64,000 nucleotides of DNA from Tubulanus polymorphus. Taxonomy: Eukaryota > Animalia > Nemertea. Every line of letters begins with the position of its first letter. Position 1 is the stretch's first letter. Shown piece by piece: positions 31,620-44,664 of the stretch. A program made the translations under genes and the position numbers. The stretch lies in NCBI RefSeq assembly GCF_964204645.1, contig NC_134033.1, forward strand, positions 16,252,655-16,316,654, read 5' to 3'. Under the pieces are notes generated by a model. The model was given only the letters and a program-made list of their open reading frames with translations. It was not told where the DNA came from and did no database searches.

Positions 31620-32830
31620 GGAAAAATTTTGGACGGTGTCTCCTAATGGATAGGAGACCACTCTCCTTGTCTAAACGGTGTTCCCTAAAGGATAGAAGAC
31701 CACTCTCTCAGTCTGGACGGTGTCTCCCATGCGTAGGAAACCAATTTTTCCAATCAATACACATTTTGTAATTTTCGATATAGTTTTTTTTGGCTTTGGT
31801 CGGTATTTTTCAATCATTCGATTCTTTTTTTAAAGATGTTTCGGGATGGACGACGGTGAGAATGTGGTTCTTACATACAGCCCTCCGTGTACCGTAGGAC
31901 ATAATCTATTCATACTGATGAAATACGGAGTGAAAGTTGATGCTATGCCCGATTACTGGAAAGATCGCGAGGCCCTGAAAAAAGGAATCCTTGCGTCAAA
32001 TGAATGTACGTAAGCCGTCGTATAAAAGAAAGATAAATTCGATATAGCGTGTTAGGGGATTTAATTCTTAATATCTGGGTATGGATCGATGGGTCAATAT
32101 CTATCATATGTAAATTCGATGGCAATTCAGATTTTAATTCTTGGTAGATGAATTTTGATTTCAACCATTTTTGAGTCGTACATAGTAGTTTTTAACCTTA
32201 GCTACAGAAACATAATTAACACCGAACAATCACCTCTGTTTATTCAAGTGTTTACTTCACCAAGAAATATAAGAGCTGCATGTATTAAGCATGGAATTAA
32301 TCGAATTCGAATTTTATTCTATTTCAGGGAAAATTCCGGCTGAATATATGAACATGTTAAAACAACAGTATTGTTAATGATTGAGTTTACGTTGTTGTAC
32401 CACGTTTTTTTGGGTAAAAGTAAAACAATATAAAAACAAGATTTGAATAGTTGTTTATTTTTGTAAACAACACCCGACTCGGATAAGAAAAAAACCTGTC
32501 ATCTGCAAAATCAGTCCGAGTTATGAGAAAGTCCGGATCGAAAAATGTGTTACGAAGCAGGAAAACATGATGTCCGGATTATGTCTGAGCTGGGCGAGGT
32601 TTACCATAGGCTCTCAGAGGGCACGATGGTTGAACATAATGCAGTGGTCGTGGCACCTCTGTATTATTTGGAATAGCTATTTAGCTGACCATAGTCTCCA
32701 GTAGATCATGCTGAAGGCGACACTTTTGATTCTTCCACAGGCCACTCGTGCGTAATCTATAGATTGACCAAATAGGTCAGTTTTCGGTCGTTCTGGTACA
32801 AACCAGTTCGTGGCACGTATGACAAAAGGT
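31620..32830. repeat. Local duplication of ~28400-28715 and ~29325-29810
   Basis: Shared blocks such as tttcaggg..aaattccggctgaata..tgaacatgttaaaacaacagtattgtt and ataggtcagttttcg.tcgttctggtacaaaccagttcgtggcacgta. Confidence 0.85.
31836..32005 (+). CDS. Duplicate of exon 4 of the astacin-like gene (alternative exon or gene fragment)
   Basis: taaag|A TGT TTC GGG ... AAT GAA T|gtacgt; 170 nt like 28546-28715; open frame CFGMDDGENVVLTYSPPCTVGHNLFILMKYGVKVDAMPDYWKDREALKKGILASNE. Confidence 0.6.
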
Positions 32831-33685
32831 GACGTCATTGCCGAGTGGCGACAGCTCTACGGAAGCACGACTATAGACGTAATCGCGGGGTAGAATGCTA
32901 ACAATATTATTCCTAGGAGATTCTAGCCCAACCCTTCACCACAACATCGCAACTTCTCGAAAATCCTCCAATTCAAACTTACTGCATTGATCTAGAACAA
33001 CAAAATAAGCTGCAATATTTATCCAAAATTTATTACAAAAAATAAGATAAAATTTAACAATCTACAGAAATATTAACATACACGTGGCTAATTACATAAT
33101 GCAATAAAACTAATGAATATTCAAATGATATCGATTTAACGAAGGGAAACTCAATTGAATAAAACTGTATCTGTTTATTCAGCTCACTCAGTGTGATATG
33201 AGAACTAAAGAGAGCTATTTTTCAAAGAAATTCTCACAAACATTTATCGTGTTAAATAATATAGTCAAACTCATAGCTGGGCTGATCATTATATTCAAAT
33301 GATGACTTACACTATGGAAATCAAAGAAAGAAATCGAAATTGGGACTCCAGATAGTCTGATCGCTTCAGTAATGTGACGACTTATCAAGTGAAGATTTAA
33401 CCGAGTTTGACTAGGTTTATTTTCAACAATTACATTATTTACCGATACAACATGCGCATGTACATGTATTAGATCGTGTGCATGTATTAACACATGCGCA
33501 TGTATTAGAACATGCGCATGTATAAGAACATGTGCATGTACTAAAACATGGACATGTATTCGAATATGTGGATGTATTAAAACATGCGCATGTTATAGAA
33601 CATGTCAGTCAGTATGATGTTTGTATGTATGTACGGCAATTGGGACGGATATTGACTGTATGATGGATAACGTGTGTGTAAAACC

Positions 33686-36600
33686 TCAATGTCTAACGGC
33701 AGCAGGTCTCGCGGCAGCTGCAGCTGATCTAGCCGCACCGGTCGTACTCGACGACGTCGCCGGTGCAGTTCGTTCGGGACGCTCGCGCTCTTTCTGATAT
33801 TCCATTTCGATTTTAGCTTCGATCACCTCCCAGTCTATTTGAACCTGAAATCATTCGACACGTTTTAAACTCTCGGGTCGTCCTAGGTAACAGGGATCGG
33901 TTTCAGATCGTTCTCTATTCTATGACGTTCATACTTACACCTTCTGCGTATTGTATAAATCGTTTATTCGACTCGGTTTTTTGGAAGTTGTCCAAATATC
34001 GTTTTCTATATCCAAGTACCGTATCGACGTGTGTCTTATGTTTCACTGCGAGTTCCATAGCTCTGAATAACAGAGAATAATATGAGAGGGGAGAATGAGA
34101 GGGAGGGAGGGAGGAGAGGGAGGGTAGAGAGAGTGAGAGAGAGAACGAGGAGAGGAGAGAGGGAAAAGAGAGAGGAGGGAGTGGGAGAGCAAGGCAGAGG
34201 AGAGAGGGAGAGCGAGAGAGAGGAGAGGGAGGAGAGGGAGGGTAGAAGGGAAGTCAGAGTAAGTAGAGACGGAGGGGATAAGAGGAGAGAGGGAGGGAGA
34301 TCACAAATCATTCATCAAAAATCTAATAAAACCATGTTCAAATAATTCATCAGTTAGGCTTTAACGAACAGATTTCGCTGCTCTTCTGGGTCCAGTTCCA
34401 ATGTGATTGAACTAAATCTTCCTTTAAGTCCAATATTGTTCGATGCTTTTTATTCCTAGAGTCAACTTTGGAACCGGTTCCAGAAATTTCATAAGATTCT
34501 CTTACCTATCCCAGTTGTACAATTCTAGATTCATCAATATCGCTCTGAATACCAGACCCGATTGTAAAAGAATTCCTTCGGCGTCTTGCGAATTGCCGGT
34601 GAATAAAGCCATAGCGGCGTTCCTCGCTTCTCGTAACGGTAGCTCCTTGATATGCTGTATATACTGTACTTTATCAGCCTAAACAAACGACAATTAGAAT
34701 GTACCCCTTAATTTATACGCCTACTTTTATTTTCGACTAGGTTTTTCGTTGACTTTTCCGCGACGTGTTCGTTGAAATATGTACTGACCTCGTTTATTGC
34801 GGCGTAGGCAATTTCAGCAGTGTTTAGATCTTTGTTATAAGCAGCCATCGCAGCGAGACACGCCCACAATGTATCGTCCTACAAAACACAATCAAACTCT
34901 TTATTCCTGTTGTTTGTAGTGAAGGTGAAGCACTGAACACATGTGAAGTGTGGACGATTAGTTTTTGAAAGCATACTGATAAAATGTCTAATATCTGGTG
35001 TTTGTAGTTCATTTTCAATTAAAAATGTCTCAGGTGAAGCACTGACCACAAAATGTGAAATGTGGACGATCAGTTTTAGAAAGTGTGCTGATAAAATGTC
35101 TAATATCTGGTGTTTATAGTTCAGTTTCAATTAAAAATGTCTCAGGTGAAGCACTGAACACATGTGAAGTGTGGACGATCAGTTTTTGAAAGCATACTGA
35201 TAAAATGTCTAATGTTTGTAGTTCAGTTTCAATTAAAAATGTCTCAGGTGAAGCACTGAACACACGTGAAGTGTGGACGATCAGTTTATGAAAGTGTGCC
35301 AATGAAATGTCTAATGTCTGGTGTTTGTAGTTCAGTTTCAATTAAAAATGTCTCAGGTGAAGCACTGAACACATGTGAAGTGTGGACGATCAGTTTTTGA
35401 AAGCATACTGATAAAATGTCTAATGTTTGTAGTTCAGTTTCAATTAAAAATGTCTCGGGTGAAGCACTGAACACATGTGAAGTGTGGACGATCAGTTTAT
35501 GAAAGTGTGCCAATGAAATGTCTTATGTCTGGTGTTTGTAGTCTATTTTCAATTGAAAATGTCTCAGGTGAAGTTGAAGTGTGGATGAACAGTTAGACAT
35601 TTTCATATCAAGATGCCACTTTTTTCGAAAAACTGAAGTTCCGAAGTAACGCTTACCTTACAGAATCGCGCCAGTCTGACGGCGTCCTCCCATTTACCGA
35701 TATTGATATATTCGTGTAGAATCGACGGATACGCCGGGATACCGCAGCTGATAATCGATCCGTCTGCCCGGCGAATATTCACGTGGTTACCGAGGAAACT
35801 CAACAATTGGGGATTCTTATCGAACTCACTGGAGGAGAAATGAACGATTGATAAACAGTAGAATATACCAGACACTCAAAACACCGAGAATGAAATCAAA
35901 ACCCACTTAATACTTTTTTTTACACCTGATGAGGATATCTAGAAAAGACAGCTGTTTAATTTTTAACATTTAACATACAGTGTTTATCATACAGGACCCA
36001 GTTCCACAGTTCGGCGTAAACTCATTGAAAACGAATTGATTTTAACTCAGAGTTAACTCTAACTGTGGAACTGAGCTGCTTAATTTTTGATTTGGACAAA
36101 TTCAGTTTTAACCTTTCAGTGCGTCTACACTGCTGTGCGGTGTATTGATATTATTAGCAATTGGTTTTCATCCACATTGCACTTTCAGGTATTGATAAAG
36201 TAGCACTGAAAGGATTTAATATTTTAAATTTGTATAAAGCAGGTTCTATGTAATTTGATGAAATTTGAATACGTTGATGACAGGCCTGATTTTGTTTTTA
36301 CCTGGCGTCGCGTTCGAATAGAGTTTTCGGCAGCAGATCTTTGTCGACGTAAACGCAGTTCGGGTTATACCAGACGGTCAGTTTACCGTTACCGAGAGCT
36401 GATAGCATGTTATTAGAATCGTTCCACGCTAACGACATTATCATCGTTCCTGAAATACAGATCATACATCGGTAAAAAGGATTTTCGATTGCAAAATTCT
36501 ACTACGACTAATTTTACTAGTTTGCGTGCAGTGCGTCTACACCATCTCTATTGAAAGATGGCAGCACCTGTCAAACGCGAGAAATATTAGTAACTAATGA

Positions 36601-39600
36601 TACACCGCGCCGCGGTGTAGACGCACTTTAGAGATATGTTCATTATTCAACACACTAGGGTGAAATTTTCAAATTATCTCCAGTACTTTCTGGTATCAAT
36701 TAGTCAGCACTGAAAGGGTACAGGCTAAAGTCAATGAGTCTGACAATTTTAACTTGCTTAGTTTAACAGGTTCAACTCAATGAGTTTGACAATTTGAACA
36801 TTATAAATTCACCGGTCTTAACTCACCGAGTTTGACAGTTTTTCGCGCCGAGCCGAATATTCTGACCGACGTGAGGTACAGATCTCGGTTTTTGTCGATG
36901 ACGGCGAGGCGTCGTTCGTGCGGCGGTCCGCATTGATCTAACGCTATATCCATCACTTCTAACTGTAAAACACAACAAAAAGTTTTTAACAAGGAAGGAA
37001 ACCATCGCCAGACCTCAACTGTTCATTTGGATCCAGTTCCACAGTTCTGGCACCAGTTCCACAGTTGTGAGTTAAAGTTAGTTCATTTTCAATGTTTTAA
37101 CTGAGAGTTAAATCTTAACTCGGAACTGTGGAACTGGACCCTGGGTAAAGATATGACTCAGAGCTAACTCATTGAAAATGAACTAATCTTGACTCAGGGT
37201 TAACTCTTAACTCAAAACCGTGGAATTGGGTCTTGATCTAATAAAAGGAAGACGGTTCAACCATTCACAATTCACAAGTTAAATTGTGTCAAGTTAAATA
37301 CTTGTGAACCAATTTGAACTCTTTCAACCCATTGGCATTCATTGGAATTTCACTACAAATGTAGAGTCTATTACTCCTCAGAAAATTCAAGGGAAAATCC
37401 ACAATTTATTGCGATACAGTAATAGGCCTGGTGGACGCAGGCGGCTTGAGGGCTAATAGGATATATTACATGTATAAGCGAATTAAACTGATGACTTTGG
37501 AACTAGGCGTGAAAGCTTGGGTCCAGGAAGATTTAAAATCAGCTTTTTGTTTATCATGTTCACATATGACGTACCTTGTGTATGAAAGGTTTTCCATCTC
37601 CTAAAGTTTTCCCAGTGACTGCATCAAAAATATGTATAACTGAAACAAAATGAGAAATGAATATCAAACAAGTTTCACGGTCTTAGATCTGAGTCAAGTC
37701 TAAGCTAGGTTCTATAACCAATCCAGCAACTCCATTTAGACCAGTTGATAAAGCTCATTTTGGTCCAATAACGAAGCTTAAGACCAGTCTAATAAGTCTA
37801 TAACCAATCTGACAACTAAAGACCAGTCTAAGCTCATTTTGGTTCTATAACCAAATCCAACTACTTAAGACCAGTCTAAACTCATTTCAGTTTTATAACA
37901 AATCTAATAGCTTAAGATCAGTCTAAGCTCATTTCAGTTTTATAACAAATCTAATAGCTTAAGATCAGTTTAAGCTCATTTCAGTTTTATAACCAATCTT
38001 ATAGCTTAAGACCAGTCTAAGCTCATTTCAGTTTTATAACCAATCTAATAACTTAAGATCAGTTTAAGCTCATTTCAGTTTTATAACCAGTCTTATAGCT
38101 TAAGACCAGTCTAAGTTCATTTTGGTTCTACATGTATCACAAATTCAACTCAAATCTCCCAACAGTTTGAATTACTTACTTTTCTCATCGGTTTTATCTC
38201 GTATCGCGATCGTATCGTTGCTCAGAGCTAACGTCTGCCGACTGAGAATATCCGTTCTCATCCCGGCGTATCGAGGAGAACTGATCAATCGTCCTTCGTA
38301 CGAATAAACGTAGACAGCTGAATTATCGACCAACACGAAATGTCTGAAAAATCCACCGATAAATATCTTAAACATTAGTATCGCATAGTCACAGCGGAAT
38401 CAATTAGAAGTCTAGAACCCCCCACTTCAGCCTCGACCCTATCCCTTCATACCCATTCAGCCTCGACCCTATCCCTTCATACCCATTCAGCCTCGACCCT
38501 ACACCCCTTCACGGAACCTTGCCTTTCAACCTGGACCAACTCTCTTCAGCCTAGAACCTCTCAACTTCTTCAGCTAGGACAAAACTCAGTCATAGAACCT
38601 CCCCTTTCAGCCAAATGTCTCAGGTCATGTGGGGACGATCAGTTTTTGACAGCGAGCTGATAAAATGTCTGTCTGGTGATTGTAGTTGATTTGTGAACTC
38701 AGGACTGTGGAACTGGATCCAGGGGTCAAACCCTGCGAACTGTGAAAATAGGTCTTGGGGCGGAACTAGATCAGGGGTCAAACTGTGGAACTGGATCTCG
38801 GGTGGAAGTGGATCTCGGGGAGTAACTGTGAAACTGAATCTAGAGGTGGAACTGGATCTAGAGGTGGAACTGGATCTAGAGGTGGAACTGGATCTAGAGG
38901 TGGAACTGGATCTCGGGGGTGGAACTGGATCTCAGGGGTGGAACTGGATCTCGGAGGTGGAACTGTGGATTTTGTTTCTAGTGATTGACTAACTTTTCCG
39001 CTTGAACAATTAAAATCACGTTTCCTTCTTTCAGATCGAATATCATCGGCGTATTCCAATTCTTCGTGCTGCAGAAAAAAACTCACGAAACTCAATCTCA
39101 CGAATAAACAAAATTAAATACGGCTAATAATCGATTTTAACTAATAACCGTCCCCGGAGAGACTTACGTGTAGACGTAACACTGCGACGACGTCGAAACG
39201 ACTAAATGTTCGAATCCCATCGAAACTTTGATAATGCGATCTCTGAACTCGAGTTTTTCGACCGTTTCGTTTTGAACGTTTTTCACGTTGATGGATTTAT
39301 TCGCGGCGACCGTCACTTCGTAATTCTTCCATTCGATGCGTCTACAACAGTAAACAACGACACAATTCAGGGGCCGGCCGGTTGCACAGTCATGACTTAG
39401 ATTTAAGACCAGTTTAAGACCAACTTAGTTCTATTGACAATCTAACAACTTAAGACCAGTATTAAGATTTAAGACCACTTAACTCATAAACATTTTTACT
39501 ACTGTCAAACCCGCTTAATCCCGACAATATTTGCAGTACATTGTGTTCATTAATATACAAGGTCAAGTTCCACAGTTCCGAGATTTAACTCTGAGTTAAC

Positions 39601-42600
39601 TCAGTGAAAATCAACTAACTTTAACTCAGAGTTAACTCTAACTCACAACTGCGGAACCGAGTCCAGTTTATCATATATAAGCAACTTAATACAGAAACAG
39701 CATCAGGTACTTTAAACGTCCTAGGGCGCGTTCTTTGCTAGTGCTTTGCTTAGAAATCGAGTAGAAATAAAAAATTCTTACTTCTCAATGACGCACGCAA
39801 AAATGACGTGACCATTACCACAAGCTCCGGCCACTTGTGTGCTGTCATGTGACCAGGAAATATTGAATATGCTTCCTGTATTTGGCTTCTCCAAACCATA
39901 CGACCACTGTGTGTGCGAAAAAACATCGATTAGTTCAAAATACTATATTGAGAATAAATCCCCGGTTTATGGGTTCTAATCCCGGTGGTTCTTTCTGCGT
40001 CTCATCAATTAAGGGTTCATGGGTTCAGCGGTGCGGGACTCATCCTCTGGTCCTTTCATTGAACCCAGCTAGGCGCCGCGCGTTTAAACCCATTAAGAAA
40101 TATTCGTTATTCAAAATCAACCTAATAGTATCGTTGGCGCTCCCTGGAATACTTACCCCGCTTTTATCGCAGAGTCTGAGCGTGTTGTAGGAACCGACTG
40201 CGAATAGATCACCGTCGGGACTCCACGTCACCGACGTGATCGGGTAGTCATGGATACCGCTGTGATACATCAATCGGCCGTAACAATCCCATACTTTGTA
40301 TTTGCAATCCTCGGCGCCGGATAGAATCAGATTATTCACCGGGTTCCAGTCGAGAGTCAGAATCAATCCATCGTGAGCTTTCCACTGAAATAAACACAGT
40401 TCGATGATGTCATAGGGGGATTTATGGGGGCGGCTTCCCTTCCACCAGGGTCTAAAGAACAAGTAACTTTGCTAGTAGGCAATTTGATGATGTCATAGGG
40501 GGATTTATGGCAGCTTTCTTTCCATGAGGGTCTAAAGATCAAATAACGAGCAGACAATTTGATGATGTCATAGGGGGATTCATGGAGGCAGCCATGTTTC
40601 GTGATCGGCGATCTAACGATGTCGTAGAGGAATTTACGGACGCAGTCATCCTTTATCGTAGAACGGTCTATACATGAAATCACTATGATGTCATAGAGGG
40701 GTTTACGTAGGCAGCCATCTTATAAACGAGACACTTACGGTTAATGGTTTAGCGTTTGCTTGTAGAGGTTTAATCACTAACGTTCGTCCGTTTGTGTAAA
40801 GAACTTGATCAGAATCCGGTCCCCAAGCTAAAGCGTAAACCGGTGAACCTAAAAATACCAAACAAAAAACATTGACGTCTTAAATGAGTTTAAGTCTTCT
40901 ACGGATAGGGGGGCCATCATCGCGATTTGACAGATCATGGAATTCAAAATTCCCTGACTCTTGATAAAAAACTTCTCCCATCAAGTAATAAAATATCCTC
41001 AATAGGGGCTGTTTCTGATCAAGAGGTACGTTGTGCCACTCATCACCAGCAAGAACAACAAACCAGAAATCTAAATTCTCTGATTAAATAATAAGATATC
41101 CTCAGAGGGGACTGTTTCTGATCAAGAGGTTCCTTGTGCCACTTGTCACCACCAAGAACAACAAGACACCAAAAATTCAAATTCCCTGATTAAATCATAA
41201 GATATCCTCAGTGGGGGCTGTTTGTTATCAAGAGGTTCCTTGTGCCACTTGATACTGCTGGGAACAAAAGAGCAGAAATTCCAATTCCTCGACTTTCCAA
41301 GCAATGAGTCAGCAGCATATAATGAATCAATAATAGACCTGTTAAAACCCTGGGTGTCCTGGCAACATGTTCTTATCTATACTCACTGCTCTGTGTTAAC
41401 GTTGAACGTAACATTCCGCTTCGAGACCAGATCTTCACTTGTCCGTCTTCACCAGCTGAATTCAAACAAACATTACGTATAAATTCATTAACGGCTTCAA
41501 CGTTTTTGGGGTCAGTTGCTTACACTCTGGGTGTTAAAGGTTAACCACCGGATGAAGTAAATACCAATAAACCGCCATTCTAATCGTCGCCATATCAGTT
41601 ATCTTACGGTTAACTTTTGAGCAGAAGCACCCTACAGAGACTCAGGTTAAAATTAACAGGGTGGCCAATTTTATTCGACTTCACTTTTCCCAGACTATAT
41701 ACGTTGTTTTCCCTGAATCAATCCGTTTAGAATCCAATCGATTAACACAGTCAAATATGTAAGATGCAGACAATCTGGCAATCTCAACAATCTCAAAAAT
41801 TTCCCTGGCTATTCCCGGACTTTTTAATGAAAAGAAAATTGCCTGACTTTACTCTGATTTCAAGTTAAGTGGCCACCATGCTGATACAAATAATGGTACA
41901 AATAATCCACGGATAACAATGCAGTTTTGACGAAGTGTGGATGATCAGTTATGTCAGTTATCAGGGTCCAGTTCCGCAGTTCTGAGGTAGGACTTGACTT
42001 GGAGTAAACTCATTGAAAGTGAACTAATTTTAACTCGGAGTTAACTCTAACTCGCAACTATGGAACTGGGTCCTGACGGTTAAGTTTAACCCGCTTTCGA
42101 GTGACTGGACTTCTCGCAGAGCATTAGATTATTAAATTCATACCGGTAGCGTAGGCCGTTCCGTCGAAACTCCAGCGTCCGGAGAGAACGGCTCCGCGAT
42201 GAGCGTCGATACTCTTCTCAATACGACCAGTACGGGTTACGATGTGGAACTTGCCTGCAACAGATTATCTCGATAATTTATCAAAAAGACGATATTTAAC
42301 TGTAAAAGTCATCATAGTTGTGATGGTTGTTATGTTGATGACTTATCCAAATGTTAAAATTGAAAATACCAAATTGGGACTCAAAATAGAGATGACTTCA
42401 GTAATGTGACAACTTATCGATATGATGACTTAAACTTAGTAAATGAATTGGAAACAAAAATCGAGAGGACTTCAGTAATGTTATTACTTTACCGATTTTG
42501 ACCGCATAATAAGCTAGAGTTGACAATGGATCAATAAACCAGTCAAATTGTCACGGTGACAATTTGACATAAACCAGATTGGGGTGTCTACCGTTTGAGA

Positions 42601-43570
42601 ATCTGGTTTATGGTGACAAAAGTTGTGACAACTTTGAGTTTGACTGCATTATAAGGTAGAGTTAGAGAGATACGCCCCATTTTCGAAAACATTTTCAAGT
42701 ATCTCAAATACTTACCGTCGGTAGCGGTTAATGCGAATATATCGGAAGCCGCTTGTTTTTTCGAGGCTCCCCCTCCACCGCTGCCTTTCGGGAACCAATG
42801 CATGCTGATAGCATACAGATCAGCCGGCAGGTTCACTAGGGTCGACGTCTCGCCGTTCACGAGATTCCAACGCAGGATTTTATGGTCGTCGCCGCCGGAG
42901 TAAGCCTCCTCCGGAGACGTCCATCCGACGCAGCTCACCAGCTCCGCGTGTGAAAATCGCCGTCAAGGAGAACGACGTTTCAAAAAAATTCGGACGCAAT
43001 TACTTTTCGGCTTTCCCACCAGATGGCGTGACGAGCAATCAGTATTATAAATTCCAACAAATTTAGTCATGTAAATATTGATAGAAACAAACGTATTTGT
43101 ACATATTGTAGTCTTAACCCTTTCAGTGCTGACTAATTAATACCCTATAGTGCTAGAGAAAATTTGAAAATTCTAAAAAATTCCACCCTAGTGTGTTGAA
43201 CAATGGGAATACCACTATAGTGCCTCTAAACCGCGGTGCAGTGTTAGTTACTAGTATTTCACTATGTTTGACAGGTGCTGCCATTTTTCAATAGAGATAA
43301 TTACAAATTACATCAATACACCGCAGTGCGGTGTACTAGCAAAATCCATCACTGATTTATACACCGCACTGCGGTGTAGACGCACTGAAAGGGTTAACAA
43401 AATCGGCGTTGAATTCCAATTTCTTTTTGAATGTTAATAATTAAACTGTAAACCTAACACCTATTTATGTAAATAAATAGGTAATATATGGCAGAAGAAT
43501 TACAATATTCGGAGGAACTGTTGAAAAGGATATGTTTAGGATCTTTACTCAAAGTTGTTTTAAATCTCAT
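33686..43570 (-). CDS. IFT80: Intraflagellar transport protein 80 (WD40), 18 coding exons
   Basis: Exons (minus): 43534-43570, 42716-42949, 42144-42254, 41387-41455, 40739-40848, 40157-40384, 39782-39906, 39168-39341, 38994-39068, 38180-38343, 37575-37639, 36827-36962, 36302-36449, 35657-35828, 34789-34878, 34506-34678, 33939-34062, 33686-33844. [90 protein letters not shown] are collinear with vertebrate IFT80. Confidence 0.97.
34082..34300. repeat. GA-rich low-complexity tract in IFT80 intron
   Basis: Purine-rich gagaggag tract. Confidence 0.9.
34905..35595. repeat. ~102-109-bp tandem satellite (same family as 20905-21545) in IFT80 intron
   Basis: About 6 units of ggtgaagcactgaacacatgtgaagtgtggacgatcagttt. 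Confidence 0.92.
37690..38130. repeat. ~51-bp tandem repeat related to a dispersed element
   Basis: ttaagaccagtctaagctcatttcagttttataaccaatct units; reverse complement of agactggtcttaagttgttagattggctatagaac at ~995-1065, 18050-18145 and 51070-51200. Confidence 0.85.
38700..38970. repeat. 18-bp tandem repeat (ggtggaactggatctaga)
   Basis: Tandem units matching the tgtggaactgga terminus of the abundant MITE. Confidence 0.85.
42950..43533 (-). other. U12-type (minor spliceosome) AT-AC intron of IFT80
   Basis: Minus strand: AAA C|ATATCCTTTT ... TTCTCCTTGAC-ggcgatttt-CAC|AC GCG GAG CTG; removal restores PK-H-AELVSC. Confidence 0.95.
43114..43397. mobile_element. TTAA-flanked piggyBac-like MITE inside the U12 intron
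   Basis: ttaa-ccctttcagtgc ... gcactgaaaggg-ttaa: perfect 12-bp TIR plus TTAA on both sides. Confidence 0.85.
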
Positions 43571-43599
43571 TTTTGATTCTTCTGAAGCTTAAAAAACAA

Positions 43600-44660
43600 A
43601 TAAACAATCTATTAATGAAAATACATACAATGAAGTTTACAATATTTACAGGGATTAGGTCTGAGGCTGAACAGGGCCGGGTCCTAGTCAGTAACCTGTC
43701 TGTGGTTTAGTTTCACGATTGGATATTTTCACAAACCTCATCCGATTATAAAAAAGCTTACCACCAACGATTAGGTAACTAACTAGGCCGGGTCCGGAGT
43801 CCGAAGGCCTGGAGGGCACGCAAAAAAGGAATGGTCAGGAATATCAAGTATCAAGACGCAGTTATCAAAATTCACACTAAACCAAGTTACTTCATGTTAG
43901 ATTTATGAAATGATAAGATACAGAGAACTGAAAGTGGTCCGTTGTAGCAAGCCTCTGTAGTACATATTCCGGGTACGAAATTAATTAATAATTGCTATTG
44001 AATTGAATTGATTCACATTCTTCTTGTTTTCTGATCTTCAGGCAAAACGATAGAAATGTTTCCGACTTAAATCAGGTTTTAATTAAGCCGGTTAAGATCA
44101 AGAAAGTTAAGAAATGTAAACTTTAAATACCATAAGACCGAAATGCACTGTTTTACAGTCGGAACGGTCGATATTTATGACAGTTCAGATTTTGTTGTCA
44201 GAAACCAGGAAGTGGAATGCGAAGGGAACGCCGGCTGGTGCTGCCACCTGCTGACGTTTCGACACTGAATTCTCATTTTAGTTTGGCTGCTTAGTGCGTT
44301 GCCCATAGTATCTAACGGTCATATACGGCGTGGTTTATAATGACCGATTCTCAACCACTTGGCATGCAGCGCGAGAAGTTACCAACACCCTCTGAAATAC
44401 TTTTTAACACATTTAAGGCTTGTTGATACAAGACGTAACGAAATTGTAAAATCTTTGCTAAAATCCAGAAGAAACAACAAAAACGATTATTTAGTCGATT
44501 TTTACGTTTTATATATCATATTTATGTGAAATAAAGCTATTGTAGACATTGAACTTGTCCGATCTTATTTCTTTTACATTTTAGAACTGTCAGGATTTCG
44601 CCCCGCTTTCGCTTCTTCGACAATAAAATTTAATTGAGATCTTTCTAGGCGGATTGAAAT
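43600..44660. promoter_or_regulatory. Putative bidirectional promoter region between IFT80 and the BAR-like gene
   Basis: Divergent start codons 43570(-) and 44665(+); ETS-like caggaagtg ~44206, CTCF-like gctgccacctgctga ~44240, imperfect X-box-like gttgcccatagtatc 44298-44312. Confidence 0.5.
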
Positions 44661-44664
44661 AAGG

